From contig OZ242311.1 of the NCBI GenBank assembly GCA_965207885.1, positions 1,088,001 through 1,152,000 of the forward strand: 64,000 bases of DNA. Direction: 5' to 3'. Shown in pieces: positions 30,383 to 39,904 of the stretch (positions are counted from its first letter, which is position 1; the number at the start of each line of letters is the position of its first letter). The notes beneath the pieces were generated by a model, which made no database searches, was not told where the DNA came from, and saw only the letters and a program-made list of their open reading frames with translations. Origin of the DNA: Candidatus Latescibacterota bacterium. Its GTDB lineage: Bacteria > Latescibacterota > UBA2968. Position numbers and translations under genes: made by a program.

Positions 30383-31124
30383 TGGTTGGGAAATTATCGA
30401 TTTTCACGGGCACGTCGGCCGATGGGATATTTTTGAGATGGGCGATGATGCCGATGAGATTCTCCACGCGATGGATGCCGTGGGCATTGATCGCTGTTGT
30501 ATGTTCAATATCTTTCATCCAGATGGCGCGACGGGTAACGACCAGACTGCGGCTTTCGTGGGTCGCTATCCGGAGCGGTTTATCGGTTTTGCCTATGTCT
30601 CTCCCCTGATGCCCGAATTTATGGTGCCGGAGTTGGAACGGGCGATTGACAAGCTCGGATTTTTGGCGATTAAGATTTACCCGCCCTATTCCCGCTGGCT
30701 GTTGAACGATCCGGTGTGGGATCCGGTCTATCAGTTCGCGGATGATCGCGGTCTGGCGATTATTTCGCATACGGGTGGGGAAGAGACGTGTTGGCCCGTT
30801 TATGTTGAGGATATTGCCGGGCGCTATCCGAATGCGAATTTTGTGATCGCGCATGCGGGCAATTCCGAGCCGTACAGGAGTCAGGCGATCCGGGCGGCGC
30901 AGCGGTTTTCGAATGTTTATGTCGAGACGTGTTCCACTTTCCGCGAGCCTGGTGTGATCGAAAGGCTGGTGGCCGAAGCGGGTGCCGATCGCGTACTTTT
31001 CGGTTCGGATGTTCCGCTTATGGATCCGCGAACACAACTGGGGAAGATTATTACCGCGAGGATCAGCGATTGTGAGAAGCGCCTGGTGCTTGGAGAAAAT
31101 GCGAGACGTCTGTTGAAACTGTGA
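30375..31124 (+). CDS. Amidohydrolase_2 family metallohydrolase
   Basis: IIDFHGH, SHTG, AHAG, RVLFGSDVP, GENARRLL. Confidence 0.85.
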   Translation: MIDGWEIIDFHGHVGRWDIFEMGDDADEILHAMDAVGIDRCCMFNIFHPDGATGNDQTAAFVGRYPERFIGFAYVSPLMPEFMVPELERAIDKLGFLAIKIYPPYSRWLLNDPVWDPVYQFADDRGLAIISHTGGEETCWPVYVEDIAGRYPNANFVIAHAGNSEPYRSQAIRAAQRFSNVYVETCSTFREPGVIERLVAEAGADRVLFGSDVPLMDPRTQLGKIITARISDCEKRLVLGENARRLLKL

Positions 31125-31137
31125 TGGAGATTGTGCT

Positions 31138-32460
31138 ATGTCACGAGAGACTATTGAAGTTAGATATCGCAAATTGACGCCGATGTCCCGTCAGATGTTT
31201 GAGGATGGTCGATCGGTGAATGCCGGCGCCGCCAAGGGCGCCTATTTTTTTGCGCCGTATCCGATCGCGCTGCGGCGGGGAAAGGGATGTGTGCTCGAAG
31301 ATGTTGACGGCAGGTCCTATGTCGATTTCTCGAATCACCACACCGCGCAGGTTCTGGGGCATAACCATCCTGCGATTGTAGAAGCGGTGGAGAGACAGTT
31401 GGTCGATGGTATCGCGCTTGGCGCTGCAACGGGTGTCGAGACCCGGTTGGCGCGGATGATGTGCGAGCGCATATCTTCGGTTGATCGCATCCGGTTTGTC
31501 AGTTCCGGGACCGAAGCCACATTGCACGCTGTCCGGCTGGCGAGGTGTTTCAGCGGTAGGCCGAAGATCGCGAAGTTTGAGGGCGGTTACCACGGGAGTC
31601 ACGATGCTGTGGAGATCAGTACTGCTCCGCCCCTGGAATCCGCGGGCGAAGCCTCTGCGCCCAATGCGGTTCCCAGTGCGGGGGGTATGGCGTCGCACGC
31701 GCTTGATGATGTGATTGTTTTGCCCTATAACGATGAGGAGAGTGTCGAGCGGATTTTGTCGCGTCACCGGGATGAACTGGCGTGTGTGATTCTCGATCCA
31801 AAGGCGGGTATTATTCCGATCCGGCACGATTTTATCCAGCGGGTGCGCGCGATTACCGAGGAACTCGGCATTTTGCTGATTCTCGACGAGATTGTCGGTT
31901 TTCGTCAGGCGAAGGGCGGTCTGCAGAGTCATGTGGGGGTCAGGCCCGATTTGACGTGTTTTGGCAAGATGATCGGCGGCGGGTTTCCCGTTGGGGCTTT
32001 TGGCGGGCGAGCGGATGTTATGGATCTGGTGGATAATTCCAGTGGGGCTTCACCTGTTTTTCAGAGTGGGACCCATAGCAGTCACGCGGTGGCGATGGCT
32101 GCGGGGATCGCTACGCTCGAGTCTATGACGGACGAGGCTTACGCGCATCTGAATCGCCTGGGGAATCGGCTGAAGACCGGTCTGGAAGATTTGTTCGCCG
32201 AACGGGGTGTTATGGCGCAGGTTGTTGTGACGGGGTCGGTGTTTGGTATCCACTTTGGTATTGACCGGTTGCGCGATTATCGCGATTCGACCCGGTCGGA
32301 TAAGGCAATGGCACACGCCGTGTTTCTGTCTCTGCTCAATCAGGGCTATTTCTGCGGGCAGGGTCTGACTATGTGTGCGATCAGTTTGCCGACTCAGGAC
32401 GAGCACATCGACGGTTTGATTCTATCGGTTGGAAATGCCCTTGATGAGGTTGCTTCATAA
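31138..32460 (+). CDS. Class III PLP aminotransferase (glutamate-1-semialdehyde aminomutase-like)
   Basis: SSGTEAT, KFEGGYHG, ILDEIVGFR, PDLTCFGKMIGGG. Confidence 0.88.
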   Translation: MSRETIEVRYRKLTPMSRQMFEDGRSVNAGAAKGAYFFAPYPIALRRGKGCVLEDVDGRSYVDFSNHHTAQVLGHNHPAIVEAVERQLVDGIALGAATGVETRLARMMCERISSVDRIRFVSSGTEATLHAVRLARCFSGRPKIAKFEGGYHGSHDAVEISTAPPLESAGEASAPNAVPSAGGMASHALDDVIVLPYNDEESVERILSRHRDELACVILDPKAGIIPIRHDFIQRVRAITEELGILLILDEIVGFRQAKGGLQSHVGVRPDLTCFGKMIGGGFPVGAFGGRADVMDLVDNSSGASPVFQSGTHSSHAVAMAAGIATLESMTDEAYAHLNRLGNRLKTGLEDLFAERGVMAQVVVTGSVFGIHFGIDRLRDYRDSTRSDKAMAHAVFLSLLNQGYFCGQGLTMCAISLPTQDEHIDGLILSVGNALDEVAS

Positions 32461-32480
32461 GTAATAGAGAGGATATCCCA

Positions 32481-33281
32481 ATGGCAATGACTGGTACAAA
32501 CCTCAGACAGAACTCTGAACTGATCGAAGCCGAATGGCAGGAACTGGAAGAGATTGGTTATGTTCGGCTTGGTGTGATATTACCAGAAGGGGAAATCGAC
32601 CGACTTTGCGACCGCATCAATGAGATCATGCTGGGCAAAATTCGCTACGAGGGGATGCGCATGCAGCTTTGCCCTTCGGCCTCAGGGGCAGAGGAGATGA
32701 CCGGTTTTACTGCCAGGCACAAGGGCAGTTCCCTGAAGTATCGGAAGATTCAGGAACTGGAGATGGACCCTTTGTTCCTGAAATACATCCAGCACCCACT
32801 TTTCAGGCATATTACGCGAAAAAAGATAGGTGAGAAAGTCGGCGTGTTCAGGTCCATGTTTTTTAACAAACCGGCCGAAGGCGGCGTGCCCCTTGTCTGG
32901 TATCAGGATGGGCGCAGTTGGAACCTGAGCATTCCCGAAGAAATCACGATCTATACCGCCCTCGATCCACAGACACGGGAAAACGGCTGCCTGACCGTGA
33001 TTCCTTATTCACACAAGGAATGTCCCATTCATACGGTTGATCGAGAAGATGACATTCAAAAATATGCCCCGGAAGAAAAACGGGCTTACATGGAAATGGA
33101 CAAAGGCGAAGTCATTCTTTTCAAAACCAAATTGCTGCATTCTTCTCTTGTGAATACCACGAATCGGCCCCGTCGCGCCTTCAGCATTGCCTTCATCCAT
33201 GGAGATGCCTGCCAGACGGCTTCCGGCGAACGTTATCCGCAGGTGTTCCCAACGTACCGCGCGGCAAGAAAGAACCTTTAG
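32481..33281 (+). CDS. PhyH family dioxygenase with His-to-Tyr change in the HxD motif
   Basis: FNKP..GG..LVWYQD, ENGCL, LLHSS, RRA. Confidence 0.78.
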   Translation: MAMTGTNLRQNSELIEAEWQELEEIGYVRLGVILPEGEIDRLCDRINEIMLGKIRYEGMRMQLCPSASGAEEMTGFTARHKGSSLKYRKIQELEMDPLFLKYIQHPLFRHITRKKIGEKVGVFRSMFFNKPAEGGVPLVWYQDGRSWNLSIPEEITIYTALDPQTRENGCLTVIPYSHKECPIHTVDREDDIQKYAPEEKRAYMEMDKGEVILFKTKLLHSSLVNTTNRPRRAFSIAFIHGDACQTASGERYPQVFPTYRAARKNL

Positions 33282-33293
33282 AAGAAATTTAAT

Positions 33294-35225
33294 ATGCTAC
33301 TTCGAATGCGTTTAACACAAATATTTACGATCATACTCATCGCGCTGTTGGTCCAGCCGGTGTCTGCGGCGCCTTCGCCCGATTTTGACGAGAGTGGTGT
33401 GGTCGATTTTACCGATTTTTTGCTATTTGTCAGCGCGTTTGGATCTCGGGAAGGTCAGGAGAGGTACGATGCAAAATACGATTTGAATGGCGATGGAGAG
33501 ATCGGATTTGGCGACTTTCTGCTCTTTGTCAGCAACTTTGGCAGGACAGCGGAATTTTTCAGGAACGCGACCACCTATCAGCAGTTTGTGAAGGCCAAAG
33601 AGAATGGGACAGAACCTATCTTACCCGATTTTTCTTATTCGGGCTATCACTATTTCAATAAGCCCGTGCCCGATGTCACGCATCCCGTTTTTGACGTTAC
33701 AACGTATGGTGCGATTCCCAATGATGATGTGTCTGACCAGCCTGCTATCCAGGCGGCTATTGCCGCAGCAGAGGAAAATGGCAGGGGAGTTGTGTTCTTT
33801 CCGCCAGGTGATTTTCTGATTAATACCGATGCGGATAAAAATGATGAGGGTTACAACGAGCCTATCTATATCCACAGTAGCAATATTGTTTTGCGAGGCA
33901 GCGGTAGCCGAAGGGGAGGCACGGTTATCCGAATGGTCAATTACATGGTTCCCCTTCCCGATAGTCCTGGTGCTGTGCCCCGTATGTTCCATTTCCAGCC
34001 TGTTAGTTTCGCTCGTTCTACCTTAGCGCGTATTACAGAGAGTGCGGAGCGAGAGACTTTTTGGATTACAGTGAATAATGCTTCCAGGCTCTCAGTCGGT
34101 CAGTGGATTTGGGTCTCTGTGAATACTAAGGAGGAAGAAGCAATTAACGAGTTTATTGCACCTCTTCCGTCAGCGTCCGGCTTGCGGGAACTTTTCGAAG
34201 TGGGGCTTGATATACGGGAAGAACACAGCATTGCCGAGATTCAAGGCAATCGCATTCGTCTCAATGAACCCCTGCATACCCATATCAATCATGCGTATAA
34301 TTGGGGGGTGCAGTCCTTGCCGCATCTCGAAGAAGTCGGTGTTGAGGACATCAGTTTTCACGGTTCGTTCTTTGAGTCATTTGTCCATCACCTGAATCTC
34401 ATCCACAATGCGGGCTGGAAGATGCTCGCATTCAACCGGTGTGTCAATTCCTGGGTTCGGCGCGTCTCTTTCATGCATGTCAGTGGCGCAATTGGTTTTA
34501 CTGTCAGTGCTGCCTCATCGGTTTACCAGGTTACAATCGCGGGAAATAAGGGGCATACTGCTTTTAACAGTCAAGGTAGTTACGGGATATGGTTTGGGCT
34601 GTCAGAAGATATTGCGGGCCAGTCTCCTTATAGCACGGCTCCTCTCATCGATGCTCAGAGAAACACCCGTGCGATTCCAGGACAGCATCATGGTACGGGT
34701 ATGAGCCATAGCTCAACGGGCAATGTGATTTACCGCTATGATATGTCGCCAGACCAGCCGCTTGATATCCATAAGACGGATCCCAGCTATGCCAATTTGT
34801 ACGATTGTGTGAATAACGGCAGGTTGTCTGGTAGCAGCGGTGGTGGTGTTCCACCGCATCATCTCAGGCGTCTCGTGTTCTGGAATTACAACCACGGGGG
34901 CGATGTTACTCGCTATGATTTTTGGGCGGGATATCTCAAATTTTTGTTTCCGATTATTGTGGGATTTCACGGCAATCCGGCGACCTTTAATGAAGGTGAT
35001 CTCGAGATTCTGGAATCGAATGGTGAGGCGGTTGCTCCGGAATCGCTTTTTGACGCACAACTCGAATTGCGTCTGGGAACTTTGCCGGCCTGGCTAAAAG
35101 ATCTGCGCACGGAGTGGGAAATGATTCGCAGTATGCCGCTTGCAATCTCAAGAGGCAAGCCTTCGGTGGCAGGACTTCCTGTGGATTTAAAAGCTTACAG
35201 TCCAAATATTTATAGCTGTTATTAA
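33294..35225 (+). CDS. Secreted EF-hand/dockerin-like pair plus pectate-lyase-3-like/DUF4955-like polysaccharide lyase
   Basis: Signal peptide; DFDESGVVDFTDF and DLNGDGEIGFGDF; LPDFSYSGY, FDVTTYGAIPND, PESLFDAQLELRLG. Confidence 0.75.
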   Translation: MLLRMRLTQIFTIILIALLVQPVSAAPSPDFDESGVVDFTDFLLFVSAFGSREGQERYDAKYDLNGDGEIGFGDFLLFVSNFGRTAEFFRNATTYQQFVKAKENGTEPILPDFSYSGYHYFNKPVPDVTHPVFDVTTYGAIPNDDVSDQPAIQAAIAAAEENGRGVVFFPPGDFLINTDADKNDEGYNEPIYIHSSNIVLRGSGSRRGGTVIRMVNYMVPLPDSPGAVPRMFHFQPVSFARSTLARITESAERETFWITVNNASRLSVGQWIWVSVNTKEEEAINEFIAPLPSASGLRELFEVGLDIREEHSIAEIQGNRIRLNEPLHTHINHAYNWGVQSLPHLEEVGVEDISFHGSFFESFVHHLNLIHNAGWKMLAFNRCVNSWVRRVSFMHVSGAIGFTVSAASSVYQVTIAGNKGHTAFNSQGSYGIWFGLSEDIAGQSPYSTAPLIDAQRNTRAIPGQHHGTGMSHSSTGNVIYRYDMSPDQPLDIHKTDPSYANLYDCVNNGRLSGSSGGGVPPHHLRRLVFWNYNHGGDVTRYDFWAGYLKFLFPIIVGFHGNPATFNEGDLEILESNGEAVAPESLFDAQLELRLGTLPAWLKDLRTEWEMIRSMPLAISRGKPSVAGLPVDLKAYSPNIYSCY

Positions 35226-35357
35226 GATTGACAACTTTGGCAAGGTGGTGAGTATAGCAAGACTTCGGAATAGGCACCAAAAGCGTTTGGTCGGCTCGGT
35301 TAAGTCTATCCGGGACGTTTTTAGAAAGGGGAGGGATGAACCGCTTGGGGAAATAGC

Positions 35358-35400
35358 AAAAAGGAGTCGCTACAATTTGTAGTGACTCCTTTTTCTTTTT
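35358..35400. terminator. Bidirectional intrinsic terminator
   Basis: AAAAAGGAGTCGCTACA-att-TGTAGTGACTCCTTTTT between convergent genes. Confidence 0.75.
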
Positions 35401-35436
35401 GGGCACATGTCTCGGCAATACCGACCAAATATATTT

Positions 35437-35673
35437 TCATGTAGATGCAATCAATGATCGGAGTGCTTTGTTCACAGATTCAGAATTGGGAAAGTGCTGT
35501 TTTACATCTGGGTCGAGCATAATAGAACCATCTGCGGGTGTAAAATAGTGGACTTCTGTTGAGCCATCCCCTTTTTCTATTTTTACTGAATGTCCCTGAC
35601 GATACGCTTGATAGTGTTTTCCGCGAACACCATCTGAAAAATCGTATTCCTCGCGCATTTCATTTTTCTTCAT
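35437..35673 (-). CDS. BrnA-like antitoxin
   Basis: MREEYDFSDGVRGK, LDPDV..FPNSESVNKALR; overlaps the brnT stop. Confidence 0.75.
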   Translation of the reverse strand: MKKNEMREEYDFSDGVRGKHYQAYRQGHSVKIEKGDGSTEVHYFTPADGSIMLDPDVKQHFPNSESVNKALRSLIAST

Positions 35674-35938
35674 AATGCCAGCACTCCCTTTTTGTTGCTA
35701 TTCTACTGCTGATTAAACGAATGGTCTCGTTTCTCTCTGTATAAACTACAACCAAAATTCTCCCTGTTGCGGAACGTCCCAAATCTATAAAGCGATCTTC
35801 GTTTATAGAGTGATTTGGATCATAAATTGTGATTGTAAAAGGGTCATTAAAAACAGTTTTTGCCTCTTCAAAATCGATACCATGTTTTCTATAATTCTCC
35901 AGGGCTTTGTTTTCATCCCATTCAAATGTCAGTGCCAA
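35660..35938 (-). CDS. brnT: BrnT (DUF497) ribonuclease toxin
   Basis: FEWDENK..N.RKHGIDFEEA..VF.D, EDRF, LVVVYTER..IRLISSR. Confidence 0.9.
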   Translation of the reverse strand: MALTFEWDENKALENYRKHGIDFEEAKTVFNDPFTITIYDPNHSINEDRFIDLGRSATGRILVVVYTERNETIRLISSRIATKRECWHYEEK

Positions 35939-36075
35939 TTATTTGCCCTTTCTTCAATTCATTTGTAGAATTATAGCAAAAGTTTCATTGAGTAGCAAGG
36001 GGCTTGAATGCTTTTTGCATATCCTTCATATCGAGTGGTTAGAGGATTGATAGCTGCTTTTAGGAAGAATTTAAT

Positions 36076-37201
36076 ATGCTACTTCGCGTGCGTTTTACAT
36101 CTGTTTCGATAGTTGTGATATTGACCTTTAGCTCTGCCTTTGAAGTCTCGGCAGACTCTTTACCTGATTTTGATGGGAATGGGATTGTGGATCTTCCCGA
36201 CTTTTTTCTTTTTGCCGATCATTTCGGTGCAAGACGTGGCGATGAGACGTATGAAGAGAGGTATGATTTGGATGGTGATGGCGAGATTTCGGTGTCTGAT
36301 TTCTCGATTTTTGTCGATCACTTTGGCAAATCTGCAGGATTGTCTGAGGAGGATCTGGTACTGATGTCTCTTGAGGTGACCGGCGGCATTGGCGAGATAT
36401 ATCCGGCTTTTGATTCCGATGTTCGCCATTATGCCGTCCGATGCGAAGATGCCACAAAGTTGCAGGTGATGGCAAGGGCTAAGGATGAGAAGGCCCAGCT
36501 AAAGCTGAATAATAATCAGATGTCGGGTCGGGATGTGAATGAAGCGGTCATTACAAGTGATAGAGGAAGATATCATCGCGTCTTTCAGAGGATGTGGTCA
36601 AGTTTTGCGAATTGACCGTTCAGGGAAGTCTGAAGATAATCCGGGTACGAGTATTGTGTGGCAACTCGGTGGTACCGATCAAGGGGGATCATTCCCGGAT
36701 GACCGCGTGTTCCTGACGATAGAGGGCGATGAGGAAGGTCGGGGAGAGTTTTGCGCGCAGCACCAGCCAACGCTGACCGATGCGGGAACTCTGGTTCTAT
36801 TTGACAATGGTAGCGATTGTCTGAGCGCGCGGATCGGCGAATCCCCTAATCGCGATGACTTGCTGCCATTTTCCCGGGTGGTGGAATACGCGATTGATCC
36901 TCTTAACGGTCGGGCCAGTTTCATACGTCAGTTTCGGTTAGACCCGAAATACGGTTATACGCCCTGGTGGGGAGGGGTTACGGTGCTCGATAATGGGAAC
37001 TGGCTGATTGCGTGGCGGAATGACCGCGGTTACGACGAAAGTCTGGGGATAGAGGAGAAGGCGGTGGCGATAAGTGAGGTTGATGCTACAGGTACGGAGG
37101 TCTTCCGACTCAATGTCTATTCGGGAGAGACTTACTGGGCAACCTATCGCGCCTACCGCGAACCCGAGTCAGAAATAAAAATACCATTGAATCTGCCGTA
37201 A
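36076..37201 (+). pseudogene. Secreted EF-hand plus cadherin-like plus arylsulfotransferase-like protein with internal deletion and frameshift near 36550
   Basis: Frame 1: signal peptide, two EF-hands, IYPAFDSDVRHYAV. Frame 2: IIASFR..QVLRIDR..IVWQLGG, FCAQH, LFDNG, SRVVEY, YRAYR. The N-half of the ASST domain is missing. Confidence 0.7.
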
Positions 37202-37243
37202 TGCTTGCTATGGATAACGACATCCACAGTATTGCAATGGTGC

Positions 37244-39664
37244 TCAAATCCTACCGTAGAGGAAAGCTACTTCTCGGGTTTCGGTATTTCCCGTTACCTG
37301 ATCGGTGATGATGACTTCGAGGACGTTGACGCCGGTTTCGGCTTTGCGCAGGTCCAGTTCGATGTATTCCTTTTCAGTAGGTTGCGAGCCGACCTGTTCG
37401 TAGGTGACGGATACCTGGGGCTTGCGGCGTTTGAACAGGTTGCGGAATCCAGAGGCTACGATGCCTTTGACGCCGACTGGATTGCCGGGATGGTGACGCA
37501 CGCGATATTGAATGCGGTAGCGCGTCTGTCCAAAGGTATCGCGTTTCAAGTTGTAGATTTCAAAATAGGCATAGACTTTCTGGTTCTCTTGATAAGCCCG
37601 GGATGGCATCGGCTCTATCCACAAATCCCCTTTCTGAAATCGGTCGTTGGTTCCGCTCTCGCCAATGGACGAGGCCAGGAGGATGCCACTTAGCCGAAGT
37701 TGGTCGGTGTCGTAGTCCTGAACGTTCAGGGTCTGTTTGTAAACGCCTGCGCGCCTCGAAGCCATGTCTTTGAGTTGTACCTGTAACTCATATGTTCCGG
37801 GCGGTACCTGAATCTGTAGCATATCCGGGATATACGCGCCCTTTTGTCGGTCGAAATCCGCTGTGTTCTGGTAGGAAAAGATTTCTGCTGTGCGAAAGAT
37901 CTCGGTGTGGCCCTCGTTTGCCAGTGCAAGGGCGCTTTGCACCTGGATCAAAAATTCATCCTGTCCTTTTGCGATTTCCACTTTGCCAGGCGGTACTCCG
38001 TAGTAAACTTCCACAGAGGTCTTTCCGTCTTTGCCGCGAAAATCCGCGAGGTCGTAATAAAAATGGAGGGCGTCCCGTTCAATGCCCGGGCGGTAGTAAT
38101 CGGGGGTGGTGGCGGTGGCTTTGCGAAAGAGGACTCCGGGCATGTATTCCATCATTCGCGCTGCATGCTGGGTCTGATTCTCGCCCGTGGGCACGGGTGG
38201 CAATGGGGCAAATGCGTAACGCCCGTTGTTCATTTCATCTGTAAATGTTATTTCGATGCCATCGCGGAGTTGTGTGTAGGTCCACGTCTCCCAGGGCACG
38301 GTCTCAAACTCCCGGTCCATTGTGACGGGGGCGTAGTTCTGAAAATTCAATCGCAATTTGATCCGACCCGCTTGATCAAAGGGCGCCCGCCCACTTCCCG
38401 CACCGCTTTCCTCGCTGGTGGGGACGGTTAAATCCACCACATCTCCCGCTGTTACCACGCCTTCAATATCTATTTCTGTATCCGGGTCCAATGTCCTTAA
38501 GTCCCCAATTCTTTCTCCCGTATTCAGATTGTGTTTCCGGATTGGAAATACAGGTCCTGTAAATGTGAGATAAGCGGCATTGGGACCGTACATATCCACG
38601 GCCATTCGGGTGCGTACGGCCTCTACTTCGGGGCTGATCAGCAGGTTTGGCTTATCGGATGAAGATCGAAAATCGGGTTCGCCATATCGAATATATACCA
38701 CTCCGCGCTGGTCCCAGGGGGTGGTGTTTTGCGAGAAGAAGGTGCGGGCATACCACACGCGACGATAGTGTTCGATAATGCGCTCGTTTATTGGGGTCAA
38801 CACATCCGGGTCTCGCCTGAGCCAGAATTGTTTCAAATAGGTCAGGCGCTCGGTTTTTTCGCTTTGATATGTCTGCATTTCTCTGTGTGAAGCGATGAGA
38901 GAGATATCTGTATAGTACCCGCGTTCTTGTTCGCTCAGGCTGTTCAGGTAGCGTTCATAATGCGCGAGGGCCATTTCGTATTGTTCCCGGTAAGCGTAGC
39001 CCTGTGCGACAAGGGGTAGCAGGCGGGTCTGGTTGGGCTGTCGTTCAAGGGCGGGTGCGAGGTGGGTGCTGAGGGGATCGTATTGTCCAGCCTGTACGCA
39101 GGCCAGACCAAAATAATAGAGTTCGTCCGGGCTGTCTGGCTCCAGTTCGAGGTATTTCATGTAGTAGCCGATGGCTTTTTCGTGGTCTGCCCGGAATCGC
39201 TCATAGAGATCGCCCAATAGCCGATAGGCCGGCGCGTAGGTCGAATCGATTTTGGTCGCCCGCTTGGCTTCTCCAACGGCTTTGCGAAAGTTGAAAAAGG
39301 CTTTTATCCCCATTGCAGGTCGTTTTACATGGACTTCGCCGAGGCCCACATAGGCGTCGGGCAATTGCGGGTTGAGTTGTCTGGCGTGCTCAAATGCGGT
39401 TTGGGCTGTGTCAAAATCCCCACGGGCGAGGTGCGCAGAACCCAGGCGGGATCTGAATAGGGCATTTTCGGGATGGGTCTCAATCAGCAGGGTAAAGGTT
39501 TGGATGGCGGTGTCGAGCAGGCCGTTGCGCAGTTGGTTTTCTCCCAGCGCGAGCAATGAGTCTGATGGAGCTTTTTCCACGCCTGTCTCTGCCCCGGCAA
39601 GCCCGAAATTCATTGGGATGATGAGGCATTTCAGTATCCAGGTTCTACACAATATTGCGTTCAT
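37244..39664 (-). CDS. TPR plus GWxTD-domain protein (intact)
   Basis: TPRs, FWLRRDPD..EHYRRV..WDQRGVVYIRYGEPD, WETWTY; start chosen by match to the paralog (MNAI..CR). Confidence 0.85.
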   Translation of the reverse strand: MNAILCRTWILKCLIIPMNFGLAGAETGVEKAPSDSLLALGENQLRNGLLDTAIQTFTLLIETHPENALFRSRLGSAHLARGDFDTAQTAFEHARQLNPQLPDAYVGLGEVHVKRPAMGIKAFFNFRKAVGEAKRATKIDSTYAPAYRLLGDLYERFRADHEKAIGYYMKYLELEPDSPDELYYFGLACVQAGQYDPLSTHLAPALERQPNQTRLLPLVAQGYAYREQYEMALAHYERYLNSLSEQERGYYTDISLIASHREMQTYQSEKTERLTYLKQFWLRRDPDVLTPINERIIEHYRRVWYARTFFSQNTTPWDQRGVVYIRYGEPDFRSSSDKPNLLISPEVEAVRTRMAVDMYGPNAAYLTFTGPVFPIRKHNLNTGERIGDLRTLDPDTEIDIEGVVTAGDVVDLTVPTSEESGAGSGRAPFDQAGRIKLRLNFQNYAPVTMDREFETVPWETWTYTQLRDGIEITFTDEMNNGRYAFAPLPPVPTGENQTQHAARMMEYMPGVLFRKATATTPDYYRPGIERDALHFYYDLADFRGKDGKTSVEVYYGVPPGKVEIAKGQDEFLIQVQSALALANEGHTEIFRTAEIFSYQNTADFDRQKGAYIPDMLQIQVPPGTYELQVQLKDMASRRAGVYKQTLNVQDYDTDQLRLSGILLASSIGESGTNDRFQKGDLWIEPMPSRAYQENQKVYAYFEIYNLKRDTFGQTRYRIQYRVRHHPGNPVGVKGIVASGFRNLFKRRKPQVSVTYEQVGSQPTEKEYIELDLRKAETGVNVLEVIITDQVTGNTETREVAFLYGRI

Positions 39665-39904
39665 TGCTATGATCTCAAAGATGGGGACTGGTAGGTACTG
39701 TGGCAAAGTAGAATATTATATATATTAATATGCCCAATAAATATAATTTTGTAAATTCAATTACATTAAGGAGTTCTCAAATTATGATAGTTCTGATAAT
39801 TTGCAATATTAAAACTACTTGCGATGCGAGGAAAGGGTAAATATATTAATAAAAGTTATGAGGTTCATATTTAATGATTATTTATTTGAAAAGGAGGATT
39901 GCTT

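Noticed and set aside
31138-32460. Calling the aminotransferase hemL
   Set aside because: It lacks the PGGVNSPVRA N-terminal motif of true HemL and sits in a catabolic operon
11891-37201. Programmed frameshifting, recoding or introns to explain the split genes
   Set aside because: No slippery heptamers at the junctions, paralogs are continuous, and sequence is missing rather than inserted at two of the sites
37205-37693. 162-aa plus-strand ORF after the sulfotransferase
   Set aside because: Lies antisense to the conserved GWxTD gene; no motif support
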